From positions 3,180,001-3,212,000 of the forward strand of contig NC_002939.5 of the NCBI RefSeq assembly GCF_000007985.2: 32,000 nt of DNA, written 5' to 3'. The notes under the pieces are model-generated. The model made no database searches. It worked only from the letters and a program-made list of their open reading frames with translations, and was not told the DNA's origin. This DNA comes from Geobacter sulfurreducens PCA. Its GTDB lineage: Bacteria; Desulfobacterota; Desulfuromonadia; Geobacterales; Geobacteraceae. Positions 16,152 to 24,020 of this stretch are shown one piece after another. Position 1 is the stretch's first letter. Every line of letters starts with the position of its first letter. The translations under genes and the position numbers were made by a program.

Positions 16152-17057
16152 TCAGTACGTCTGATATGGCGGCATATTGACACGCTTCGCCATTTCACGG
16201 ATAAGGTCGTAATCGCTGTCCAGCAGATCTTCATAGCCGTCGATCCAGGCGGCCTTCAGCACCTTGAGCCGCTCCCCGTCCACCTCGGCGGTGTCGCCGG
16301 GCTTCAGGGCCAGGAGGGCGTCCTTCACCTTCTTCACCAGGGCCGGATCGGTTCCCTTGGCCACGGCAAAGGTGCAGTAGGGGATCGGCTTGCTCTGGGC
16401 GAGGATGACGAAGTCGTCCGCCGAGATCTTTCCTTCCTGTGCCATGGTTTCCAGGTCGAGGACCGGCGCGGCGGCCACGTCATACTTGCCGTGCAGGACG
16501 CCGTAGATGAGTTTTTCGTGCTTGAAGGAGCCCGAGGGGATGGAATAGGTCCCCAGGTCGTGCTCCGGGTTGATGCCGGCCGAGAGCATCAGGTCGTACT
16601 CGGCCAGGTAGCCGGTGGGAGCCAGCATGGGGCCGAAGGCCAGCCTCTTCCCCCGGATGTGGTCGAGTGTTTCGATGCCGCTCCCCTTGCGGGCGATGAG
16701 GGCGCCCGCGGAACGGGAGCCGAAGGTGCCGCGCTTTTCCGATGCCACCAGCTCGACGCCGTGGTTCTCCCGCAGGATGACGTAGATCAGGGAGTTGGTG
16801 TGGGTAAAGGTGAACTCGCCGGACTTGAACCGTTTCTCGAAATCGTGGGTATCCACCGGCACCGCCACGAAGTCGACCCCGCACCTGTCGGACAGATAGC
16901 GGGTGAGTGGGAGGAAGCGGGACATGGTCTCCTGCTCGTTGTTGCAGAGCATGTAGCCGATCTTCACCACGGGCCGGGCCCCCTCGGGCTTGCAGCCGGC
17001 AAGGAAGGCGGCAAAGAGGGCCAGCATGAAACATCGCGTCAGGGTCGAAAAATTCAT
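16152..17057 (-). CDS. PhnD-like (phosphonate-binding fold) periplasmic substrate-binding lipoprotein, 301 aa
   Basis: Start at Met66 of the 366-aa ORF (ATG at 17057), giving MNFSTLTRCFMLALFAAFLAGC with a LAGC lipobox. The body resembles the PhnD/phosphonate-bd family (VKIGYM...FTHTNSLIYV...GKRLAFG...TGYL...GKYDVAA). Confidence 0.75.
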   Translation of the reverse strand: MNFSTLTRCFMLALFAAFLAGCKPEGARPVVKIGYMLCNNEQETMSRFLPLTRYLSDRCGVDFVAVPVDTHDFEKRFKSGEFTFTHTNSLIYVILRENHGVELVASEKRGTFGSRSAGALIARKGSGIETLDHIRGKRLAFGPMLAPTGYLAEYDLMLSAGINPEHDLGTYSIPSGSFKHEKLIYGVLHGKYDVAAAPVLDLETMAQEGKISADDFVILAQSKPIPYCTFAVAKGTDPALVKKVKDALLALKPGDTAEVDGERLKVLKAAWIDGYEDLLDSDYDLIREMAKRVNMPPYQTY

Positions 17058-17094
17058 TACATGGAGTCCTGTCGTTGTCCGGGCGGTTAACCCG

Positions 17095-17964
17095 CTACCA
17101 GCACGAGGGGTCTTCACCCTCAAGGGATTGATGCATGACGTATGCCCTGCCGCGGCATCCCCCCCGGCATTCCGCCAGCTCGCCGCAGGCACCGCAGGCG
17201 CGGGGATGCTCCAGGAGCCGGCGCCGGAGGGCCTTTTTCGCTTCCGAGGCAATGAGCTCCTGCAGGGGCATCTCGCCCGCGGTGCCGAGCCTCACCGGCA
17301 GGGTGGGACAGGGATAGACACCGCCGTCGGGGGCGATGGCGATCATGGTGTTGGCCGCCTGGCATCCCCCCTGGGGAAAGGGTACGCCGGGGTTGAAGGC
17401 CCGCCAGAGGAACGGATCGTGAATGGTCAGGGCAAGGCGCTGGGCGCCGCCTTCGGCGTCCAGGGCGTTCGCCAGCTCCCGCTGTTCGTTCATGGTGAGG
17501 AAGAACGGGGGCTCGCCTCCGTACAGGCGTTGCATGGGGAGGACGAGCCGGGTGATCCCCCGGTCGAGACAGTAATGCACAAGGGTCGGGAGTTCGCGCC
17601 AGTTCCCGTGGGTCACCGCATAGGATACGCCGGCGGACGGCTCGTCCTGCCACTCCCCGGAGTCGAGCAGATCGGCATGGTCCACGTCAAGGAGCAGCTC
17701 CCGCACCGCCCCGTGGGCAACAAGGGCCCGGACGGTATCGTCATGGGCCTGCGGGGGGATCGTGAGGGTAACGGCGGCCGGGCCGCCCCGGAACCGCTCC
17801 AGCACTTCGCCGAGCCAGCCGGGAGAGGTTGGCGCGGTGCTCGTTACATTCAGCATGAGGGGCCGGCAGTCGATGATCCCGGCGGCGATCGCCAGCAGGA
17901 GCGACGGATCGGCCGCGGTAGCGGGGAGATCCCAGTAGATGGTTATGGGAGACGAAAGTTCCAT
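17095..17964 (-). CDS. SPASM-domain protein lacking the radical SAM CxxxCxxC motif (GeoRSP-like SPASM protein)
   Basis: The C-terminus has the full SPASM signature: CQAANTMIAIAPDGGVYPC (C-x12-G-x4-C), CGACGELAECRGGC (CxxCx5Cx3C) and a final DPSCW. The N-terminus ITIYWDLPATAAD aligns with LTINWAINNTCNFACRHC of the neighbouring radical SAM enzyme but has no Cys triad. Confidence 0.8.
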   Translation of the reverse strand: MELSSPITIYWDLPATAADPSLLLAIAAGIIDCRPLMLNVTSTAPTSPGWLGEVLERFRGGPAAVTLTIPPQAHDDTVRALVAHGAVRELLLDVDHADLLDSGEWQDEPSAGVSYAVTHGNWRELPTLVHYCLDRGITRLVLPMQRLYGGEPPFFLTMNEQRELANALDAEGGAQRLALTIHDPFLWRAFNPGVPFPQGGCQAANTMIAIAPDGGVYPCPTLPVRLGTAGEMPLQELIASEAKKALRRRLLEHPRACGACGELAECRGGCRGRAYVMHQSLEGEDPSCW

Positions 17965-17968
17965 AGAA

Positions 17969-19090
17969 TCATGCCCAGCAGTGGGGGTCGGGACTGTTAA
18001 GGTCGCCGGTGAGGGCCAGGGCCCGGGCGGAGCAGCCGCCGAGGCAGTCCTCGTACGCGCTGCAGCCGGCGCACTTGCCGGTGGGCTTCTTGGTACGCAG
18101 CGCCGCCAGTACTGCCGAGTCCCGCCAGACCTGCTTCAGGTCGTCCCGCACGATGTTGCCGATGACAACGGGAATGAAGCCGCAGGGGGTCATGTCGCCG
18201 TTGGTCTTGATGTTCAGGGAGAGCTTGCCGCAGACGCTACCCTTCACGAGGCTCCCCGCATCGCGGGCTCCCAGGAGGGCGATGATCGGGTCGTCCAGGG
18301 AGACGTCGAGCCCCGACTCCCGCTCCCTGGCGGCCAGGGCGCCCCGGTAGAACTCCCGCCACTCGGCGGGCGAAAGGTCCAGTTCATCCCTGTGGGACAG
18401 ACCCAGCCCCGAGCACTTGAAATTGTGGAAGTTGAGCTGTCCCACCCCCTGCTCCCGGGCAAAGGTCACCAGATCGTCGATGGCCGTGTGATTGATCCGG
18501 CAGATCACCGTGGAGATAGAGGTGGCGATGCCCGCCCCGGCCAGATGCCGCAGGGCAGCCACGGCCCGGCCGTGGCTGCCGTCAACGCCGCGGAACCGGT
18601 CGTGGACCCGGGGGAGGTGGCTGTCGATGCTGATACCCACCCTGGTGAACCCGGCGTCCCGCAGGGCCGCCGCCGTGTCCCGGTCAATGAGCCAGCCGTT
18701 GCTGTTCAGGGAAATCCGCAATCCCGACCCGCTGGCGTGCCGGGCGATCTCCAGCAGCCCCGGGTGCAGGAGGGGTTCCCCGCCGCCGAAATTGACGGAA
18801 AAGACCCCGGCAGCGGCCGCCTTTCCCAGGCATGCCAGAAGGACGTCCCGGGGGAGTTCCTCGTGGGTGTCCCCCCGGCTGTAGCAGTGGCGGCAGGCGA
18901 AGTTGCAGGTGTTGTTGATGGCCCAGTTGATGGTGAGGGGCGCTTCCAGTGACGGCGCGTCCGCTCGGCTGGCAGCGGTGGCCTCATCGCCGGCTCCCCG
19001 GCGTATCGCCGGATGCGCCTGCGTTGCCTCCCCTGTGCCGCCGCGCTCGCCACGCGAACTCACCGTCGCGGTTTCCCTGTCATTCTGCAT
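17969..19090 (-). CDS. Radical SAM/SPASM-domain peptide-modifying enzyme (GeoRSP-like), 373 aa
   Basis: CNFACRHC radical SAM cluster motif, GGGEPLL SAM-binding motif and a SPASM signature (CGKLSLNIKTNGDMTPC; CAGCSAYEDCLGGC; DPHCWA). Start set at the ATG at 19090 (Met86 of the 458-aa ORF), overlapping the PqqD stop by 11 nt. The first ~55 aa are low complexity, so the true start may be further in. Confidence 0.9.
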   Translation of the reverse strand: MQNDRETATVSSRGERGGTGEATQAHPAIRRGAGDEATAASRADAPSLEAPLTINWAINNTCNFACRHCYSRGDTHEELPRDVLLACLGKAAAAGVFSVNFGGGEPLLHPGLLEIARHASGSGLRISLNSNGWLIDRDTAAALRDAGFTRVGISIDSHLPRVHDRFRGVDGSHGRAVAALRHLAGAGIATSISTVICRINHTAIDDLVTFAREQGVGQLNFHNFKCSGLGLSHRDELDLSPAEWREFYRGALAARERESGLDVSLDDPIIALLGARDAGSLVKGSVCGKLSLNIKTNGDMTPCGFIPVVIGNIVRDDLKQVWRDSAVLAALRTKKPTGKCAGCSAYEDCLGGCSARALALTGDLNSPDPHCWA

Positions 19091-19394
19091 AGCGGATAAA
19101 TCCCTTGACGGCCAGTTCGTCCAGGAATGCCTGGACATCTTCCCGCAGCACCGCCTCGTCCACCTCGAACTGGGGGAGCAGCTCCGCCACGATGCCCTCC
19201 GGGGTCCGGCCGTCACAGAGCTTCCAGATTTCAGTGCCGAGATAGTTGAGGGAGAGCATGGTCCCACCGGAGAACAGGACCGAGGTGCCGGTCTCCTCCA
19301 CCGCCTCGCCCCGGTCCAGGGCCTCCAGGACCCGGGCCAGGGCATCGGCCTCCTCGCGCCACATGACGTCGGGGTTGCGATGAATCGTCTTCAC
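19080..19394 (-). CDS. PqqD-family peptide chaperone (RiPP recognition element)
   Basis: Typical PqqD-family pattern: HRNPDVMWREE...LNYLGTEIWKLCDGRTPEGIVAELLPQFEVDEAVLREDVQAFLDELAVKGFI. I prefer the GTG at 19394 (AAGGAAGG SD 8 nt upstream). The ORF-track start, a GTG at 19418, is the alternative. Confidence 0.8.
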   Translation of the reverse strand: MKTIHRNPDVMWREEADALARVLEALDRGEAVEETGTSVLFSGGTMLSLNYLGTEIWKLCDGRTPEGIVAELLPQFEVDEAVLREDVQAFLDELAVKGFIRYAE

Positions 19395-19438
19395 GTTTCT
19401 TACCTTCCTTGCTCTCACAATCCGTTGTTGTGAATGCC

Positions 19439-19759
19439 CTAATCCCCCTGCGCCGTTATGGAGGCAATGACCAGATTCTCCTGGGAAGCGTTGCGGATGC
19501 CGTGGTCCTCGAACGCGGGAACGATCACGATCTGCCCCGTGGTGATGGACTGGGTCTTGCCGCCGGACTGGAACTGGCCGGTACCCTCCATGACCATCCA
19601 GATATGGCTGCCGTGGTGGGTGTGGGTCACGATCTCCTGGCCGGGCTTCATGCAGATGAGGCTCACCCGGGCGTGATCATCGGACCAGATGGTTTCCTGG
19701 TGACGTTTTTCATCGTTGAACGTTTTGAGGGTCTGGACGTCGAGCACCTGTGATTTCAT
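19439..19759 (-). CDS. Cupin-domain protein, 106 aa
   Basis: Cupin motif 1-like GQEIVTHTHHGSHIWMVMEG and motif 2-like GQIVIVPAFEDHGIRN. AGGAGG SD 5 nt before the ATG. Confidence 0.75.
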   Translation of the reverse strand: MKSQVLDVQTLKTFNDEKRHQETIWSDDHARVSLICMKPGQEIVTHTHHGSHIWMVMEGTGQFQSGGKTQSITTGQIVIVPAFEDHGIRNASQENLVIASITAQGD

Positions 19760-19818
19760 GCATTCCTCCTGAATGTGGTTGTGTCATCCCGGCTCATGGG
19801 GTACCCAAGGTACCCGCT

Positions 19819-21654
19819 TCAGGCCTTCCTGACAAGCTTCAGAACAGAGCCGAGCCACGCGGAGGCCCGGTTGAAGACGGATGAGGCGGTGGAAACCCGC
19901 ACCTCCCCGCCCGTGTCGGCGACACCGGAGAAGGTCACCCCGTAACGGGAAGCGAAGAGGTTGGCCCCGCGGAAATCCGCTGCGCCGGCTGACGGCAGCG
20001 GCACGACCAGGGCGGCGCCTCCCCGGGCGTTATGGTCCGCCAGGAGTTTCGCCTCGGCATCGCTGAGCCCGGCGGCGCCGTCATCGCCGCAGAAGAGCCA
20101 GACCTGGCCCCACTCCGCCAGCAGCCCTCCGGTGAGGCGCGGCACCTCGCGCCGGTCCACCGTCTTCACGGTGAAGCCCCGCGCCGCGAGTTCGGCCAAG
20201 ACCTTCTCCCCCAGCAGCACCGCGGCACCGCCGGCACCGTCCCCGAGGCGGCAGACGAGGATTCTGGTGGAGGCGGCCGAGAGGGAATTCTCTTCGAGCC
20301 AGTCGGCGATGTTGCCGATGTAGGCCCCGGTGTCGTAGCGGTCGGCCATGGCTGCGGTGAACCGTCCGTACGTCCCGTCGAACACGACCCCCCCCCGCCC
20401 GTCCACGGCATTGGTGTAGGTGGCGACGGTCCCCTTGCCGGCGGGGTCCATCACCATCCGCACGTTGGGATCGTGCTTCAGGACCACGGCGGATGTGCCG
20501 CCGGACAACGACGCGACCCCCCGCAGGAGAGGATTGCCCACATCCACGCCCGGCACGAACACCAGGAGCCGGAAGGCGTAAGCAATCAGGAGCGTCCCCG
20601 AAAGGCAGGCGAACATGTAGAGGAAGAAGACCCGCTTCTTGAAAAAGGTCCAGAAGAGCACCATGGTGGGCACCGCGGTCACCGGTCCGCCGATCATGAA
20701 CGCAAGGGCCGCCCCGGCGTCCATGGTCCCGCCCAGGGCTCCCTTGATATGGTAGACGATGCTGGACGCGCTGATCTGGTGCAGGAACATTGGTACCGAC
20801 GCCAGGGTCACCCAGACGATGTTCAGGGGATCCGTCCGGCCGAAGAAGCGGTAAATCCACTCCTTGGGCAGGTAGCGCTCCACCACCGCGCCGATGACCA
20901 CCCCCACGATGACGTACTTCCCCACCACCCAGACCATCTCCGCGGACTTGGCCAGGAAGATGAGGAACTTGTTGCCGGTCCTGACGGCGACCCGGTTGCC
21001 GAATTTCCGCCGGCAGTTGCACCGCAGCCGCTCGTCCGGGTAGTCCTCGTCGTGGAAATCGCCCCGCACGATCCCCCCTTCGACGAAGATCTCGTTCTTC
21101 CGGAAACCGGGCCGCTTGCTGAGGGCAAGGGTCACCAGCCCGGCGAAGATCCCCATGGAGAAGGCGGAGATGGTCCTGACCACGGTCCACTCGGGACCCA
21201 GGTCGTTCAGGGTAAGGAGATAGGTTGACGGGCTCAACAGCGGCGAGGTCACCATCAGGGCCATGACCGGCGCCAGGGGAATCCCCGCCACCAGGAGGCT
21301 GATGGCGGTGGTCACCGTGCCGCAGGCGCACAGGGGGGTGATGATCCCCACGAAGGACGCGAGAAAGACGCTCAGGGCCCCGTACTTTCTGAGGGATGCC
21401 TGGAGTTTCACGGCAACCTTGAAGGTCCGGAGGTAGCCGGCAATGAGAATGCCCACGATGAAATAGGGCAGCACGTCACGGAGCTCGGCCATTACCCCGT
21501 GGTCGCTGAAAAACAGGTCCCAGAGCTCGCTGCCGAGCAGCACGGGGAACGAAACCGGCGCGGCATCGGAGGAGACCAGGTGCCCGCCGGTGCCCGTGCC
21601 CCACACGTGCCAGACCACTAGGGACAACGAGATCAGAACCATGACGATCAGCAT
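19819..21654 (-). CDS. Predicted permease (DUF318/ArsP-type, PLCACG motif) fused to a ~230-aa C-terminal soluble domain of unknown function
   Basis: Multiple TM segments with ITPLCACGTVTTAISL, typical of the 'predicted permease' family. The C-terminal third (from about DPAGKGTVATYTN) is non-hydrophobic and matches nothing I recognise. Start at the ATG at 21654 (Met27); the GTG at 21732 is the alternative. Confidence 0.7.
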   Translation of the reverse strand: MLIVMVLISLSLVVWHVWGTGTGGHLVSSDAAPVSFPVLLGSELWDLFFSDHGVMAELRDVLPYFIVGILIAGYLRTFKVAVKLQASLRKYGALSVFLASFVGIITPLCACGTVTTAISLLVAGIPLAPVMALMVTSPLLSPSTYLLTLNDLGPEWTVVRTISAFSMGIFAGLVTLALSKRPGFRKNEIFVEGGIVRGDFHDEDYPDERLRCNCRRKFGNRVAVRTGNKFLIFLAKSAEMVWVVGKYVIVGVVIGAVVERYLPKEWIYRFFGRTDPLNIVWVTLASVPMFLHQISASSIVYHIKGALGGTMDAGAALAFMIGGPVTAVPTMVLFWTFFKKRVFFLYMFACLSGTLLIAYAFRLLVFVPGVDVGNPLLRGVASLSGGTSAVVLKHDPNVRMVMDPAGKGTVATYTNAVDGRGGVVFDGTYGRFTAAMADRYDTGAYIGNIADWLEENSLSAASTRILVCRLGDGAGGAAVLLGEKVLAELAARGFTVKTVDRREVPRLTGGLLAEWGQVWLFCGDDGAAGLSDAEAKLLADHNARGGAALVVPLPSAGAADFRGANLFASRYGVTFSGVADTGGEVRVSTASSVFNRASAWLGSVLKLVRKA

Positions 21655-21772
21655 CCGGTTCCCCGACTCAGCCTGGTGTCCGTGGACCTCGCAGGCCTCC
21701 CTCGGTTTTGCCCTGAACGGATTCACGAGCACGATACCCTGCCCGTGCCGGCTGTTCCGATGCCGGAGATAT

Positions 21773-22681
21773 TCATTGTTTCCTCCTCAACCGCCTGGCG
21801 CACGCCAGTACCGCACCGAGCCCCACCATGGCGAACCCGGCGAAAACACACGGCCTCCCCGGGTCCCTGACCACCTGAATACCAGCAAAAGACATGCCCA
21901 TCGCATCCGTACCGACCTGGGTGTTGTAGAAATAGAGGCCGTTCCAGATGAAGGGGGCGTTCACCTCGGCCGTACCCTCCGCTATGGCAACGCCATCGCG
22001 GCTCAAGGCCAGGTCGACCCAGAGCCGCTTCAGGACCGGATTTTGAAACGCCACCAGCCTGAAGTCGTAGGGGAACTCGGCGGGGAGGCTGCGTTCTCCC
22101 GAGGTATCGCAGGTGCCGACGAGCTGCCCGTTGCGAAAAACCGAGAGCCTGAGGACCTCCGAGGGAAACTGGAGGGAATCCGCCGTCACGCGATAGGGCC
22201 CCGCCGTGAAGCTGTCACCGGTCTTCAGAGTGTGGAGCGCCTCCTTCGCGCTGCCCCTGAGGACCCCCACCCTGACCGGAATCGGGTAAAACTCCCGATT
22301 GATCCGCGTGACCGTCAGGTCGGCACCGAGGGGAGCGTCCCGCTCCAGGTCCCACCGGTAGGCCTGGTCAACAGAGGTTCCCTCGTAGACGTTGACGGTC
22401 GCCACGTGGCCGAACGTCCGGGCCGCAACGCCCCCGCAGATTACCAGCACGCCCAGATGCAGAATCAGCACCGGCACCGAAAGGGACCGGAACCGGCGCA
22501 GCGTGCAGCAGACGAGATTCAGCGCCACTCCCGCCAGCAGGCAGAGAAACGCCGGATGGGCGTAGAGAGCCCTGGTCCCGGCGAACGTGCCGGGGATCGC
22601 CGCCACGGCAACGATCAGGAACAGGGCCACCGCCAGTTCCATGGAAGCCAGGAACCGGCCTATCCGTTTCAGTAGAGTCAC
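21773..22681 (-). CDS. ResB/Ccs1-like cytochrome c biogenesis (System II) protein, short form, 302 aa
   Basis: The N-terminus RIGRFLASMELAVALFLIVAVAAIPGT matches the conserved ResB start (..S.KLA..L......SI.GT). Two N-terminal TMs, a periplasmic beta-rich middle and a C-terminal TM. No CcsA/ResC (WWD) partner is present in the window. Confidence 0.7.
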   Translation of the reverse strand: MTLLKRIGRFLASMELAVALFLIVAVAAIPGTFAGTRALYAHPAFLCLLAGVALNLVCCTLRRFRSLSVPVLILHLGVLVICGGVAARTFGHVATVNVYEGTSVDQAYRWDLERDAPLGADLTVTRINREFYPIPVRVGVLRGSAKEALHTLKTGDSFTAGPYRVTADSLQFPSEVLRLSVFRNGQLVGTCDTSGERSLPAEFPYDFRLVAFQNPVLKRLWVDLALSRDGVAIAEGTAEVNAPFIWNGLYFYNTQVGTDAMGMSFAGIQVVRDPGRPCVFAGFAMVGLGAVLACARRLRRKQ

Positions 22682-22700
22682 CGGGAATGGTCCGCTCTGG

Positions 22701-23258
22701 TCAGATCAGTTTTTTCGACTTCAGGAAGTCTCTGACCGCTTTTCTGGACTTGTCGCCGGCGTCCGCCGACTTCAGCAGCCGGGCGTAGGCGTCGTTGGTG
22801 AGCACCCCGGAGAGCTTGGCCAGCAGCTTGGGCAGGGCCGGGTAGTTGTTCAGAGTTTCCACCGTCAGGACGGGAGCATACGAGGGCGTGCCGCCGAAGG
22901 GCTCAAGCCAGGCAAGGTTCAGGGTTGAACGATAGCCGCTCTTGATCGCCTCCCGTGCCGCCCCGTCACCCGCCTTCGGTTTACCCAGCACCTCCAGCGC
23001 GCGCTCGGGGGTTTCCACGAGCAGGTTGACGTCGCCCTTTTTCACGGCACCGTAGAGCTCCCGGCTGTCCCGGTAGACCTGGACCTTCACCGCGGTGCCG
23101 GTCCGCTCGGTGATGAGCAGGGACATCATTTCCGCCAGCAATCTCTCCTGGGGCGTGTTGGGAACGCCGATGTGGAGGGTCCTGCCGACACAGGCCCCTG
23201 CCAGGTGCGCACCCACGAGAACCGAAACCGCAACAATGCAGCAAATAAGCTTTTTCAT
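22701..23258 (-). CDS. Small secreted/lipoprotein-like substrate-binding-domain protein (OpuAC/glycine-betaine-binding-like), 185 aa
   Basis: Signal peptide MKKLICCIVAVSVLVGAHLAGAC. LHIGVPNTPQERLLAEMMSLLITERTG...LYGAVKKGDVNLLVE resembles the N-terminal lobe of OpuAC-type binding proteins. Assignment is tentative. Confidence 0.4.
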   Translation of the reverse strand: MKKLICCIVAVSVLVGAHLAGACVGRTLHIGVPNTPQERLLAEMMSLLITERTGTAVKVQVYRDSRELYGAVKKGDVNLLVETPERALEVLGKPKAGDGAAREAIKSGYRSTLNLAWLEPFGGTPSYAPVLTVETLNNYPALPKLLAKLSGVLTNDAYARLLKSADAGDKSRKAVRDFLKSKKLI

Positions 23259-23330
23259 TGGTCACCTGTCTACCATGGTGGTGCAGACCGCTGTCTGCGT
23301 TGATTCGGAGCGTGCCCGTGACGAGCGCTC

Positions 23331-24020
23331 TCAGTCTGGCCCCAGCCCCACGTCCAGGGCACTATCCGCTGTGCCCGGGGAAGGTACGAATTCCGCCGAG
23401 GCGCGCCATGTGGACGGCGGAAACCGCCTGGAGCTCCCCACGTACTGCTTGTGGCCCGCGGGGACGATGAGGGTGTATCGGCCGTCCGCCCCCGTCCAGG
23501 CCGAGATGTAGTCGGGCATGCGGCTGTTGTCGCTGGTGGCCGACGCAAACACAAAGGCATTGGCCACCGGGTTCCCGTCGCCGTCCAGAACCCGTCCCGC
23601 CAGCTTCACGAAATCTGCGACCAAGGGCCGGCGCATGCGCCCCAGGTCCCGGATATCGGCTACCGTAAAGTCCTGCTCGATCTCGGCATCCGCGGTCAGG
23701 TCCATGACGGCCGGTTCCCCCGAGTGCTTGTCGCCCGGCATGAGCGGACCGTATGATTCGTCCAGCTTGAGCCGCGCCACCACCCAGTAGGTTCCCGGCG
23801 GCACCCTGACGGCCGTGGTGCCGTCCCCGGCCGACGGCGGTGAGATGAAGGTTGCGGGCCGCCGGACATGGGCCGAGTCATAGACAAAGAGCTTCACCCC
23901 TGCCATGGGCTTGCCGTCCACGTCCGTCACCCGGCCCCTGAGGACCGCCGCATCCGCAGCGCCGGCCAGGAAGCCGGTGAGCGCCAGCCAGAGTGTCGCC
24001 CGGAGCGCCGCTCCCCTCAT
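23331..24020 (-). CDS. Secreted protein with two carboxypeptidase-regulatory-like (CarboxypepD_reg) beta-sandwich domains, 229 aa
   Basis: Signal peptide, then two copies of the (L)xGRVxDxDGxPxAxxxVF... pattern (LRGRVTDVDGKPMAGVKLFVY; LAGRVLDGDGNPVANAFVFA). The start overlaps the upstream stop as ATGA (24017-24020). Confidence 0.55.
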   Translation of the reverse strand: MRGAALRATLWLALTGFLAGAADAAVLRGRVTDVDGKPMAGVKLFVYDSAHVRRPATFISPPSAGDGTTAVRVPPGTYWVVARLKLDESYGPLMPGDKHSGEPAVMDLTADAEIEQDFTVADIRDLGRMRRPLVADFVKLAGRVLDGDGNPVANAFVFASATSDNSRMPDYISAWTGADGRYTLIVPAGHKQYVGSSRRFPPSTWRASAEFVPSPGTADSALDVGLGPD

